Assembly: GCA_020137815.1 (NCBI GenBank)
Contig: CM035350.1
Span: forward strand, 1,116,001-1,180,000
Direction of reading: 5' to 3'
Origin: Hormiphora californensis
Taxonomy: Eukaryota > Animalia > Ctenophora
Length of the DNA stretch: 64,000 nucleotides
Shown piece by piece: positions 34,949 through 48,305 of the stretch. The position numbers and the translations under genes are program-made. The stretch's first letter is position 1. The number at the start of each line of letters is the position of its first letter. The notes under the pieces were generated by a model. That model was not told where the DNA came from. It did no database searches and worked only from the letters and a program-made list of their open reading frames with translations.

Positions 34949-37900
34949 ATGAGAGAAGGACGAGATGAGAGGACACTGAAAAGCTCGAGACGGTATCAAC
35001 TGAACACATCCCCTCCCACCAGCACCATCACGCCATCCTCCAACATGAGACGGGAGGAATTCTCAGTGGGTGATCTGGTCCTGGCTGATTTCCCTGGCTG
35101 CAGCTGGCCTGCCCTGGTGACGAGTGTCACCACACGACACCTACAGGTGGTCACCCTGATCTCTGAACAAGAGGAGACGGTGACACGGGAACATGCCCAC
35201 CTTTTCAAGGGTTCAGATCACCTCAGACAGAAACTCAGCAGCCTCACCCCAGGACAGAGACACGAGTTTGCTGATGCGGAGGCAGCCCTGAAGACTATGA
35301 GTAGGATGAATAGAGAGGAGAGGATGGAGCATATGAGGTGTAGGAAGCAGCCTGGGGAGGAGAGTGGATCAGCTGCTGGAGGGGGTGGTGGGTTCAAAGA
35401 GAATGTGAGGAAGCTGCCTTGTGATGTGGATGATATAACACTGGATGGGAGCCACTTGGAGCAGATAATGAATGGTAAAGATGGCCACCCCTCTCACAAC
35501 TCCCCACCTACACCAGAGATGTCCCTACCCTCTCAGATGAGGGGAGATGTAGACCCCGTACCAGGTGCTGCTGCCTCCTCTAAGATTAGTGCCAAACAGC
35601 AGAGGGATGAGAGCTATATTGTTAGTACAATGGAGCAGATAAACAAATTCCACCAGATACCCGCCCCTGTTCCCCTGCCCCCTCCCACTACAGAACCATC
35701 TCCCAACAAGAAGCCACAAGAGGAGCACACGATGAGCAAGTTGCTAACTGATCACCTCAAGGCTACCCGGGCTGCTCAGAAGAAAGCTCTGAAGATCCAT
35801 GCAAATGTTACCTTTGAAATCGTCCAAACAACAGAGCGGAATCCCTCCAAGCGGGGCCGGAAACCCAGGACAAGCAGTAAAAACACCTCTAATAGATCGA
35901 GGAACACCCATCACCCCCATCACCTTCCCTCGCCAGAACAGATTGTAAATGCCCTGAAAGCAGTGCCACCCCTGGTGGATGTGAAACCAGAACACTTCCT
36001 CCCTCCACCCCCCACACACCATGGATCACCCCTCAAACCATCACCCCTCAAACCAGTCCCCCTATCCTTCTTCAGTTCCCCTCCACCGCTACTAAAGGCA
36101 CCCTCTTATGTCAAATCACCACCCATCATCCCCACCCCAATTATAAAACCTGAACCTATCATGGCCACCACCTCCCCGGAGTCTCTGAAACTGATAGCCC
36201 AGTTGAAACAGAGTCCCAGTCCCAACAAGATAGCTCCTATCATAGTGATACAGCCCAGTCCCAACAAGAAGAAGTTGTTACTTCAACAACAACAGCAGGC
36301 TGCTAGACGGCCCCGGGGTCGACCTAGAAAGAACGCTGCTACAGCTGCCCCTCACTCCCAGGAGGAGTTCTCCCTCGAATCTCTACCCACCATGGTTAAC
36401 ACTTCCAAACTGACGAGCCCACCAAGAGCACTCTCTCCTCCTCCCCCAGCCCCAGTGGTTAAATCACCTTCTCCCCCACCACAGCAGATGATAACCCCAA
36501 CTCCTCCTCCTGCCTCAACATCACGATCAGGAATTGTAATTGAGTTCCCTACTACTGCAGCACAACCCATTCTAGACCCGGCTCCACCTGCCAATGATAT
36601 TGTCAGTTTCCTGATTCCATACTACACCGCTACCTTCCCTACAAAGAGCAGGGAGGAGCTAGAGGCGGCAATAATCGAGGATTTGGAGTTACTGAGTGAT
36701 GGAGAGAGGGATATCTTGTTCAAACTTGCCATGGGTAGCACGAGGACGGCCAAGAAGCGAGGTGAAGAGATTATCTCTAAACTTCTTGATAAAACCCCAG
36801 CTCTCCCACCTCCCCCTACCATTACTCCAGCCCCTACTATCAAACAAGAGCCCATTGAGGCAGTCCCCCCTGTAGTGGTCGAGAAGAAACCCAGACCGTC
36901 CACCAACAAGCGCCGTAAAGAGAACGCCCCTGCTCCACCACCCCCTCCTACAATCAAAACAGAGTTTGATGTTGAGCACTTTGCAGTTCTTCTCTTTGTA
37001 CGAGACATGCAGGACCAGGGAACTGATTTATCGGAACTACGATGGAGCCAAGTTGAGGAGAGGGAGCTGTATACTAAACTAGCTGAGAGGTTAGCGGGAC
37101 TGAGTGTGGAGGAGAGGAGGGTTGAAACTGGTGCAATGGAGGTATTTGTAAGAGAAACACCTGCTATGAGTCGACCTATGTGGAGTGAACTGAAAGTGAC
37201 TAAACAGAAGAAGTATAGGAAGGAAGCCCAGAAGGAGGGACTATCTCTTGAGATGAGTGATGGGAATAGGAAACTTGTGGAGAAGTTGCTGAGATCAGCA
37301 GAGAGCAGGAAGAGGAAGAGGGAGGGAAGTGAGAAGACAGGGTCAGATAGTCAGAGTAGTGGCGGTGGTCCTAGTGGAAAGAAGGAGAGGGGAGATAATG
37401 GTGGTGGAGGGGGAATTGTCCAGGACTTTTTCTGTATGGACTGTTTCACTCTAGGTAAGTGTACCTGATTGAGATGGGAAGAGTGTTTGCGAGAGAAAGA
37501 ACGGGAGAGAGGGTAAGAGTTGGTGTGAGAGAGAGTGGGGTTTAGAGAATTTTCCAGATCATGTTTCCCATGTATATGTGATAACACATTCTATTACCAG
37601 ACTACAACAGTAAGCATTATTCGACCTGTGCCGACTGCCACGCCATCTTCCACAGAGCTTGTCTGGAGAACCAATCAAAAACATCAAAAAACAAGTAAAT
37701 GAAAGGAAATTTGAAATTAGGTTAGAGTAAACATAAAAAACATCGATTCTGAGAGAGAAAAACTACAAAACTAACACGCCCCACCGCACAGTAGGTTGCT
37801 GTGTAGAGAGTGCCAATCTGGTGAGATATGTGGTATCTGCAGGAAAGGAGGGGAGTTAAAAATGTGTTCCCAGTGCCCACACAAGTACCATGAATCATGT

Positions 37901-40900
37901 GCCCTCCCTCACATGTCTACACAGGTACTAGCTGGGTGTGGGACCCTCATGCTGGGAGTACACTGGAGTCAATACCAGTGATCTTATTACACCAAGTTTT
38001 ACATTCTCCTCCTAGATGTGTTACGTCATCTGCTTTACCTCAATCTACTAACCCATCCCTTTATTTCAGACACTAGCTGGTGGCAGCAAGTTTATCTGCC
38101 CCTATCATGTGTGTGGGAGCTGTGAGGCGAGGAGTCAGTCTAACATTAAAACCTTTGTCCGCTGTGTCCGCTGTCCCCTTTCTTTCCACGAGAACCATAT
38201 CCCTGCTGGATGTATGAGGATATCAAAGAACCATATCCTGTGTTATAGGTAAGCAGGGCTGTCAGAAGTTAGAACATTGTCTTGTTAGTAGATGCATTGT
38301 CGATCTCTGTCATGTGAATTAGGTATTTCCTTGAATATAATGTAAAATATCTTTCTCTCCCGCATTGTACACAGCTGTGTGTGAGGGAAGGTAGCACTTT
38401 GTATGTGTTTCCGTGTGTACAGAGCAATAGGGAGAGACGGGTGAGAGAGAGAAGGGTGAGGGAGAGAGAGTTTGTGTGTTGGTGAGAGAGAGATGGGTGA
38501 GAGAGAGAGAGAGTGTGTGTGTGTGTGTGTTTGTGAGAGAGGCGGCATTCTTAGAAACATACCCGCGCTCGCTTTCCCTGCAGTTGTGTGTGCGGCCAAC
38601 TCATAGCAACACGCATCCCTTCTTTTCTTTCTCTCTCTCTATCTCTCTCTCTCTATCTCTCTCACCTTCATTCTCTCTAGTAGTATTGGTATGCGAGAAA
38701 GTCAAAGGGTATGCACATTATATGCGAGTATTCAGAGGAGTATTCTATGCCCCCAGTTATACACTAACCCCGCCCTCTTTTATCAGGCACCACAGAGGGT
38801 TCAATAGCAACACCCAACCAACCCAGGGGAGAGAAGAAAACCAGGCAAAACGAAAAAGGAAAACTAAAACCAAAACACGAAAACCTCAAGTGCACATAAA
38901 TGTATCATTTTGTTTCCAGTGTACATTTGGAGGGGAATTGTTGTGTTGTGAGTGGTGTCCAGCCGCTTACCATAATGAATGTATGCCTGAGGAAAATCGA
39001 ATGAGAGAAGGTACTAGGGAGAATATTCTTGTTTTTAGTAAACGTGGTCTAAAGTTAGGAGAAAGTACTCCAGCTTTTAGTTGACCTGTTATTTCTAATA
39101 TATTGGCACTAAACAGACTGGTAGCCTGATTTATTCTATCAAACACCTAACCACCCTCTCTCCAGGTGAAGCATCGTGGGTCTGTCCTGACTGCATTGTG
39201 GGTAAAAAGCCATTCACAGACGACGTTGTTTGGGTGAAATTTGGATCGTACAGGTAAGTGAGAGGGGTAGCGGGGGGAGCGGTGCGCGGTTTAAAATGAA
39301 ACCACACTTTTCAGCAATCTCATGTGCGCGCAGTGTCTTGTGTATTACACACACAATATAGAATGTGTACTAGAAGAAGGAGGCGCGGGATGTCTCTCTG
39401 TTATAATACACAGTGTACATTACACAGAGAGAGGCGGGGTCCGGGGAGAGAGTGTTAATACACACAATGTCTCCATCTCACTCACTCTCTATCAGGTGGT
39501 GGCCATGTCAAGTAATGGACGAGATGGATCTACCAGATAACATATTCGCCCTGCCCCACAAACCCTGCCAGTTCCCAGTACAGTGTCTGGGCTCCCAGGA
39601 CTATGCCTGGATCGATGTTAGTCGTGTCTATCTATATGAAGATGGAGATAAGGGGTCTAGTAACAGCGGATCAATACCTGGTAGCTTCAAAACTGGTAAG
39701 ATTCTCTCTCTGATATGAGTTTTTGCTCAAGTCTTAACTTTAACCTCTTGTCTAGCCATAGTTTCTGGAATAATTCACAATAGTTTAACTACCTCCTATT
39801 CTTTACTAACCCGTCTACAATTCCCATTCAGCACTAAGAGAAGCAATGGAGCTGCACGCTGAAGTGAAACCCATCAAGCAGGCCTTGTTACTGGAAACTG
39901 TTACAGCTGATAAACCTAGCTCCAGAAAACCAGCTCCCTTCAAGTTTATTAACAAAAATGTACCATACTGCTCCACTATGCGAGAATATGAGAAACAGTT
40001 AAAGCTTGAAAGGATGCCATTTCCCTGTGATTGTACAAGAGAGGAGAAGTGTTCAGCGGAGAGTAACTGTATTAACCGTGTTCTACTAACTGAGTGTCCC
40101 CCAAGTATGTAGCAGTACTGCCAAAATTACCAGAATAAACGGAACCAGTAGTTGTTGTAGATAAACTAATCAATGTCTCCCTCTACCTCTGTAGAAACAT
40201 AATAAACTAATTCATGTCTCCCTCTCTCTCTAGAAACACAATAAACTAATCCCTCCTTTCCTTTCTCCAGGCTGTCAATGGGCGGGAGAGTGTGAGAACC
40301 AGCGGTTTCAGAGGCGCTCCTATCCAGATACAAAACTAGTTAAAACAGAGGGAAGGGGTTGGGGGATGATAGCGTTGGAGGAGATTAAGGAGGGAGAGTT
40401 TGTTCATGAATATGTTGGAGAGATTATAGACGAGCAGGAGGTTGCAAGGAGGTTACAGCTATACCAGGCTACTGGAGTTACCGACTACTACATTGTGAGT
40501 ATTGTGAGAGTTGTCTTCCTAATAACATCCCTTCGTTTGCTTTGTGCGGCTGGTAGTGGAGGGGTGACAGCATCACCAACCCTGCATACATGATGATGTT
40601 TGAGTTCCTAACACACAGTTTTTGTTACAGCTGACTGTAGAAACATCACGGATTATCGATGCCAAACCGAAAGCTAACAATGCCCGCTTTATGAATCACG
40701 CCTGTGATCCGAACTGTGAAACCCAGAAATGGAACGTCTGTGGGCTAACCTGTATTGGACTGTTTGCGAAGTAAGGAAATAAATAATAGGATTTTCAGTG
40801 AAGAATCTTTAAATGTAATTTTCTTGGATTATTCTAATTTCCTGTTATTCTAACTCTTTTTCTCCCCAGGCGTACAATTGCAGTGGGCGAAGAGCTAACA

Positions 40901-41372
40901 TTTGATTACCAATTTGATACCCGAGGTGAGGAGAAGAAGGCATGCCTGTGTGGGTCTGTCAACTGCAGTGGGTATCTGGGGGTACCAGCCAAGAAGACAG
41001 AGGAAAAGAAACGAGAGAAAATGCCTTCTAAGAAGAAAAACAAGAAAAAGGTCCGTTCTATTTCCCTTTTCTCATTGCCCTTTTTTCCTCTATTTGTCAT
41101 CTGGTTGTCTATTGTACCCATTTTGTAACAGTTCACATTGTCTCTAACCCCCTCTTCCCTCTACACAGAAGTCAGTTGGAAGACCCCGACGGAAGCCACA
41201 AGATGCCCCTGCCACCCCCTCCTCCTCCACCGCCTCTACACCTGCCCAAAGTGACTCCAACACAGCCAGCAGTGTATCCGGGGCTACCTCTGCAGTCAGT
41301 AGTACTACAGGGGACGATATAGAGGACGATCTACTGAAGATTAATGCAATAGTGAACGGAGTGGACTTGTAA
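34949..41372 (+). CDS. NSD: NSD-family histone H3K36 methyltransferase (PWWP-like, AT-hooks, PHD fingers, PWWP, AWS, SET, post-SET), ~12 exons
   Basis: [15 protein letters not shown]; PHD motifs ([15 protein letters not shown]); [13 protein letters not shown]; [49 protein letters not shown]. Confidence 0.9.
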
Positions 41373-42491
41373 CACACATAGAGATACTTGATGTTGAACT
41401 GTTATCTTACAAATATATGTTATCGAACACTCCACTTTTAGAATACAATGGTGTGGTGTATTTAATAATAGTATATCAAACTTGAATTAGTTAATTGCGA
41501 GGGTCAGAACGTGTCAGGGGGTGCTATTTGCTTACCTCAGGGCATTCTTTATTATATATATATAGCAGGTTTTTGTTTGGGATATTGGATAAGGGAACAG
41601 TTTATACGTCTTTATAACTCGCTATGAATTCTAGTAAAATGGGGTTAGATGAGAAGTGATCGAGATCAAATGTTATTGGAACGCTGTTTTCGTTAGTTTA
41701 GAAGATTAATAAGTCCCTCACTTTTATGTTTATTCGAGGTTTCCCTTGCCTAGCTAGACTGTGTTTCGCGCACCCCTTTATAAATGTAAAGGAGGGTTAG
41801 AACATAACAAGGTTTCCCATGGTACTAGCTCATTCAGCTCATAAGACGTGACCCCCGCACCGAATTGTTGGAAAGAGCTCATCTTGCTCAAACACGCCTT
41901 TTGGTACACTCTATCGTATAACTGTCTGACGACTCCGTTTTGATCCGCGATAGTGCACCTAGATCGTGTCGGCGTCACCAGAGAGTCTTATTAGGGGATG
42001 AGCTATGACCATGGAAATTTTGGGATAACTGTAAGTGCTATAATTGTTGTTTGGGGTTTGCTAAAGGTATTGTTGGTTTATCTAACATGAGGGTAATTTT
42101 GATCTGCCTCGTTTGGAACTATATCTCTCTCTCTAACTTATTTTCTGCTAATTGTGTTATGTGAACATCCCATGCTAAGTATTTTTACCCCTATTAAAAT
42201 AAACGTGTTTCACTTCGCCAGGAATGGTTGTTGAGTACTCAACAAGAGAATGGTGGCCGTGGGATTTGGATGGGAGCCAAAAATGGCACCTTTCATTTTT
42301 CAAATGAGGGGGTTATTTTGCGAACAAGCTGAATACACTCAGGGCAGCTTGCAGCAGTTTTTCTCTCAGCGGTTCATCCTAATTTCAAACCCTCTCACAT
42401 TTGACAGCAGCAGCGGCTGTCTCTAAGTGAGATGCTTGCACACTAAGTAACACACACCCTCCCCCCTCTCTGTTATTTCCTTGTTTTGAAG

Positions 42492-43552
42492 ATGCAAGCC
42501 TCTACAAGTTAAACTAACTCCACAGCAACTAGCTGCAATCCGCTCTGCGAACAACCCTCCCCCACCACCTGCTAGCAACTCTCCCTCTCTGACCCGGATT
42601 CTTGGATCCAAGCCAGACCAACTGCTCTCACCCCCGGCCACCCAGCACCTCAAACTAACCCGCTCATGAGTCAGGTGATACCTACACGGTGCCTGGGAGG
42701 AGGAGCACTGCTAGCTCCTCAGTGGACAATGTGGCGGATAGGAAGACACCCCTGGCATTCAGGGGTGTCAGGATTAAAGAGACGGTCAGCAGTTCTAGTG
42801 GCACTCTCCCCACTACCACTTCAGGGTCTGAGAAAGCTTGTTGTAGTGTGACAACAGATGTTACTACAAGTCTGAACAGCCCTGGAGAGGAGTCAGGAAG
42901 GGGCAGGATAATCAGGCGGAAACCCATCTACAAGACACCCAAACCTGTCCAGAGGGATCTGGGTATGGACGATGGAGAGATCAGTGAGATACTCCTGATG
43001 CCCAACAAACCACCGTTTCAACTGCCCAAAGTGGAATATCCAAAGGTGCAGCATAATAGGGCGACATCTAGTCTGTGAACGTCACTATTACTATTAGTCA
43101 CTGTCAGTCATTGTTGAGTAAGGGGGAAGAGTGTCTCACACTCTTCCCCCTTACTCAACAAGTCAGTCATGGGTAGAGCCACTAGGACAAATAGTCCATA
43201 TAGGGTGTAGTCCTAATCTGTCTCAGTATTTCCTTCTAGTACCATATTGATTAGATCATGCCAATCTAATCACTGCACTGACCCCCTTCCAACATCATGC
43301 CAGTGAATCACTGACACCCTTCCAATTACACAGGTCCTGAAGATCAGTATGCTGGACGAATTGAGGCGCAATAAACGTACTAACGCCATGTTTTCTGGCC
43401 CCGCTGCACAGCGGGAACTGACTACCAAGATAACCGAGAAGCAACCCCCTCAAGAAGAGGAAGACCTGGGGGAGGTAGACCTGGCAGCCCTGAAACAGAA
43501 CCTGGATAATGTCTATGAGAAACTCCAGGAACTGTCTAGTATCATTGGTTAG
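42492..43552 (+). CDS. Unknown Pro/Ser-rich protein with C-terminal coiled coil (last two exons; 5' exons unresolved)
   Basis: ORFs 42689-43044 and 43334-43552 joined by a plausible GT-AG intron; no recognisable domain. Confidence 0.4.
43111..43161. mobile_element. 51-bp perfect hairpin mini-MITE
   Basis: 24-bp perfect stem, 3-nt loop, flanked by 8-bp direct repeat GTCAGTCA. Confidence 0.8.
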
Positions 43553-44531
43553 GTGAATAGAACCAGACCCAATGTTTTTAGGAAACATGCCACGCTTTGC
43601 TGAATATATTATTTTACCCTTTCCATCCAATTAACAATTAAAATAGTCGATTGTTTTGGGTATAGAAGGAGAAAATGAAATAAAGACAAAAACAGCACAT
43701 TAAATTGGAACGACTTCGAACAACTTTCATCGATTCGATGATCGATTTTGACCCAAAAACCCCAAACTCTAGCCGTTTCATAGAGAATATTTGTATGGTC
43801 GTTTCCGAGGAGCAACAGAATACAAATGTGTCCCAAAGTGTTCTTTCAGATTCCAATTCCAATCCTATTCAATTCTTCAATGCGTATCATGATACTATTT
43901 TGTTTCTAGCTCGTATCGTATCAAACGTAATAAAATATCCCTAGAAATAAAAACTGGCTCTCACACAAACAGGCGTGTAATAGACACACACATGACCCTA
44001 ATAGATAATAATAAAATGAATCACAGGCGGCAGTACAAGATAGTAGATTACTTGCTATAGGGTAACTTCACACCATTTGTCCCAGACCCCTCACCGTTCT
44101 GATCGAGGAAGGGCCTGGAGAGTAGGCCAGACAATCCTTGACTCAAACAGAAGAAAAATTCCATCACACTTCCACAGGCAACTCATCAAAATTCAAAAGG
44201 TTACACTCCACAACTCACACAAAACTCTCAATACAATAACACTCATTTTTCCTACCGCTCCGATCGACTGCTCGAAAGTTGCAGATTACCATAAATAATG
44301 CCTTCATAATCAAAGGTAATAATTTTAAACAAACAAATAGATAACTTCTTATTATTTTATGCCCTAGGATAATAATGTGGATAATAATAAACACCAGAAA
44401 TCAGAATGACAGTCAGTGCTCTCTGGAGACTGGTCACACTGCTGCTGCAACAGAGGTAACCGGATCACCAAGATATGTCTACTTGGTTATCACGACTACC
44501 TCTATCTAGCCCGGTATTGTTCAGTGTCTGT

Positions 44532-45040
44532 CTAGTTCATACAGCAATTGTTACAGGGGCAATTGTTCCCTGGAACAGCCCCTGGTGGTATCCGCCTCAT
44601 CACCACAGGGGGACCTGCTGCAGGGAGGGGGTGGTGCTCTGGTGGGACTGGTAACGCAGCAGCATGGGCAGGGCTGGTGTGAGCTGAGTGGGTTCTAACA
44701 GGTACACTGCCATGTCTCACAGCCGGTCTAGCAGCTGCTCCAGTGTTCCAGTAGGAAGATGGGAGAAGGACTGCAGAGGAATAGGCACTGTCACCTGATA
44801 CACTCCCTGAACTCAGACTGATGTTACTGTGCATGCTCCTGTCTCTGTGGTCGGCAGCGGTAGAGTGGTGGAAGGAAGAGGGAGGGAGGTGACAGGTACA
44901 CTCTTCCCGGAATATGGCTGAGCAGGAGGACCTGAGATAGCTGATTGGGGGACCAGATCCTTGAACAACATTGTTTTGTACTGCATCAGGAGCACTGTTA
45001 CTGCGCCTGGGGGGATAGGATGTTTTAGAGGTGGGGTTGT
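44532..45040 (-). CDS. Pro/Ser-rich terminal exon, possibly the last exon of the SAM-domain gene
   Basis: Acceptor TCTGTATTTCAG at ~45041 followed by an open frame to the stop at 44532. Confidence 0.4.
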
Positions 45041-45185
45041 CTGAAATACAGAGAGGGGAATGAATACTTCAACAATAATACTGTTTGGAGATGGTGGAGG
45101 CTGGTGGGGTAGTATATCTTGGTTCCATTGTTCACACCAATATTGTTGGAGGCCGGAGGGCGCGATATGACATTGAAGACGCTCA

Positions 45186-45226
45186 TTTATTAGACGTTTC
45201 GGCTGTACGGCCATTATCAATAATGC
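45186..45226 (-). ncRNA. Minimal type-I hammerhead-ribozyme-like motif (U3-A8 variant)
   Basis: Minus strand reads ATTA-TTGATAA-T-GGC CGTACA GCC-GAAAC-GTC-TAAT. Confidence 0.6.
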
Positions 45227-45410
45227 TATGGGGGAATTTACATTAGCACATTACATAAGACATCAATATGTACATAGGGGACAAAATTGTAAAAGACTGG
45301 ACCAAACGGCAAACACACACAACATAAACAGAAGCCAAAAACAACAAACAATCGAATCCACGATACTGCTCCTTCATAAAAAACTCTTATTTACATTAAT
45401 TTACACATGA

Positions 45411-46726
45411 AATATAATAATAATAATAATAATATCAGCATTTATATACACGCTCAGACCCCGTAGAATACTAGAAATTAAAAATCCTAGTAACACGGAG
45501 CATCAGAGCGGTTCACCTTTGCTGCAAACCCTTAAAAAATATATTAAGTTATAATGTCTATAATAATCCAGTTTAATGTCCAGTGCTCTGATGCTCAAAA
45601 ATCTGCTCACAAAACCTAGCAATTCATGTATAATCAGTCCCACAGTCCACACACACACGCCCACACACTCAAATCACCACCTCCACCACCTTGCCTCCTC
45701 TGATCCCAAAGGTCTTCCCAGGTTTCTCCTCCTTCCTCGCCCTCAGGTCAGCAACCAACTTCCTCCTCTCCTCTCTCTCCTCGGGAGAACGATCAGGGGA
45801 TATGAAAGTCTTACTGTAATCTTTAGATTTCTTCAGACTATTCTTGCAGGATAGAATTCGATCTCGGAAATGCCGGCCACTCAACCGCAGCTTTACTGGT
45901 CGGTCAGTACCCTCCTTGTACCTACCGAGGCGCTCCATACCCCAAACATCGGTAGTACACTCACCCATACAATCAAAAAGGCGTCTAACATCTATATCCA
46001 AATCGTGGTTGTTCTCACTTTTACAATCCAACAACCCATGGACAATCACGTTGCTCATCCTGTCGTCTGTTGCACTGCTAATTGCTGTGCTGATTCGCTT
46101 AGGAGCCAGGGCAGTGTCGCATTGCTTCTTGAGGACAGAAGAAAAGGTCTTAATTTCCTCTTCTGCTGTAGACTGTACTGCAGAGATCTCCTTATCTCGC
46201 TTCTCCAACAACTCGCACTGCAACTTAACAAGCTGTCCTTGGGCCTCCACCAATCCTCTCTGAGAAGCAACCAACTCCTCTTGACTATCCATTAGCCTCC
46301 TTTCACTGTCCTCAACTTCATTACTAAGACGATCAAGCAGAGGGTAACATCTCTCCATCAGGAAATGACACACTTTCTCTGTGAAATCCTCTAGTTCTGG
46401 CTTCTTTATCCCCTTGATCTTACTCTTACTGGGACACTTTAAACTATCCCACACACTACGTCCGGCAGTCAAACTTTTAGGGAAGGAATCCTTAATACCA
46501 GCATGAGTAAACAGGTCCCGTACCAGGTCAAATAGCTCACCCTGCACTTCACCATAAACTCTTCTCTGTACCCTTTCATCGCTATACACTCTCAGCCGGT
46601 CTTTGAAACTACAAGCAGAGGCTGTACTACCACTCATAGCAGGAGAGATAGATATCTCACAATTAGAGAGATTCGCAACGGTTCACAAGCAAAACAGAGA
46701 TAAGGGAGCTCTGACCAAATGTGATG
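45411..46726 (-). mobile_element. ORF1-only non-LTR retroelement (CR1/L2-type ORF1, CDS 45669-46637)
   Basis: Intact 322-aa ORF: coiled coil, then NVIVHGL, ERLGRY..RPVKL, FISPDRSPEER, IRGGKVV; short 3' UTR and (TTA)n tail; no ORF2. Confidence 0.78.
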
Positions 46727-46745
46727 TAAATATTATAACAAAATA

Positions 46746-47700
46746 CTAAAAAATGAACCCGTTGTTGCACATTTTGTTCAATGGTGGCCTTAGTCGTGTA
46801 ATGGCACGGCTCTCTCTGAGATAGGCGTCTATGGGGTCTCTACCCTTATTTATTATATCAAAATTGAAAATATTGAAGAATGCATCGTATTCCCTTCTCC
46901 CTGCTTGTCCGTATATGAGCTCCGGGTGCATCTCATTAGCTTGTTCTGCTACAGCGGAGCAGTCCACATGTCCCAATCTGGTGTGAGTCTCGTGCTCGGC
47001 GATCCGGTGTTTCAGTGGTCGGCTTGTCACACCTATGTAGGTACCGTTGTTGCATAGGTTGCACGAAGCACGGTACACTACGTTTTCCGTCGAGCATGGA
47101 ATGCCATGTTGATGCAGCTCGCATTCACAGTTTTGACTGTTTTCTTCTTTGTTGTTGTAATGGTTTTTCACCATGCTAGCAACAGTTCTTCCTGAAGATG
47201 TTACCACACGGATCGGCAGCCCAGATTCTTTAACTGCTTTCTTCACCTTTCGTAGGGCGCCCTCATTGGTGTATGGCAGTTTCATGATGTATATTTTGTT
47301 GGATTTTTCATCATCTGGTGGGGCCGGGCTTGTAGTCGGGGTGGATAACTGCTTCGCAATTTCCAAGCTAACAGTTTTTATCGGGTAGCCTGAGTTGACT
47401 AGATTTTCTCTCAGTTTTTCAAGGTGAGGGAATGCTAGGTCAACTGTGGAACACCTGTTGAGGATGCGTTTTGTTTCTGTGCGGATTATATTTAGTTTTA
47501 TAACTTCTGCACAGTGGGAGTGATAGTTGAGGTAGCTTCCACTGTGGGTGCTCTTCTGAAAGAGTTCCCACGTTAGAGATGTTTCTCCTCCGTTGTTGGT
47601 GGTTCTAACGGTCAGGTCGAGAAAAGAGATTTCTGAGACTCCTACTGCTGGTTCTGTTGCCTCTTCTCTTGTAAATTTTACTGATGACCAGATGTTTCCG
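46746..47700 (-). mobile_element. Penelope ORF, 5'-truncated: RT C-terminus/thumb plus GIY-YIG endonuclease
   Basis: ISFLDL..FQKSTHSGSYLNYHSH, then NVVYRASC..C...YIGVTSRPLKHRIAEH..E...I....P.LN. Confidence 0.92.
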
Positions 47701-47721
47701 AGTTTTTTTTTTTTTTTTTTC

Positions 47722-48305
47722 AATGAAAAATCCAACAAAATATACATCATGAAACTGCCATACACCAATGAGGGCGCCCTACGAAAGGTGAAGAAAGCAG
47801 TTAAAGAATCTGGGCTGCCGATCCGTGTGGTAACATCTTCAGGAAGAACTGTTGCTAGCATGGTGAAAAACCATTACAACAACAAAGAAGAAAACAGTCA
47901 AAACTGTGAATGCGAGCTGCATCAACATGGCATTCCATGCTCGACGGAAAACGTAGTGTACCGTGCTTCGTGCAACCTATGCAACAACGGTACCTACATA
48001 GGTGTGACAAGCCGACCACTGAAACACCGGATCGCCGAGCACGAGACTCACACCAGATTGGGACATGTGGACTGCTCCGCTGTAGCAGAACATGCTAATG
48101 AGATGCACCCGGAGCTCATATACGGACAAGCAGGGAGAAGGGAATACGATGCATTCTTCAATATTTTCAATTTTGATATAATAAATAAGGGTAGAGACCC
48201 CATAGACGCCTATCTCAGAGAGAGCCGTGCCATTACACGACTAAGGCCACCATTGAACAAAATGTGCAACAACGGGTTCATTTTTTAGTATTTTGTTATA
48301 ATATT
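47722..48305 (+). mobile_element. Inverted duplicate of the Penelope GIY-YIG region
   Basis: Near-exact reverse complement of ~46729-47312 (one Q/H change); joined through a T run at ~47703-47720. Confidence 0.92.

Noticed and set aside
46746-47861. 371-aa ORF as a complete protein
   Set aside because: Its N-terminus is antisense read-through of the inverted duplicate across the T run; only the part below ~47700 is genuine Penelope.
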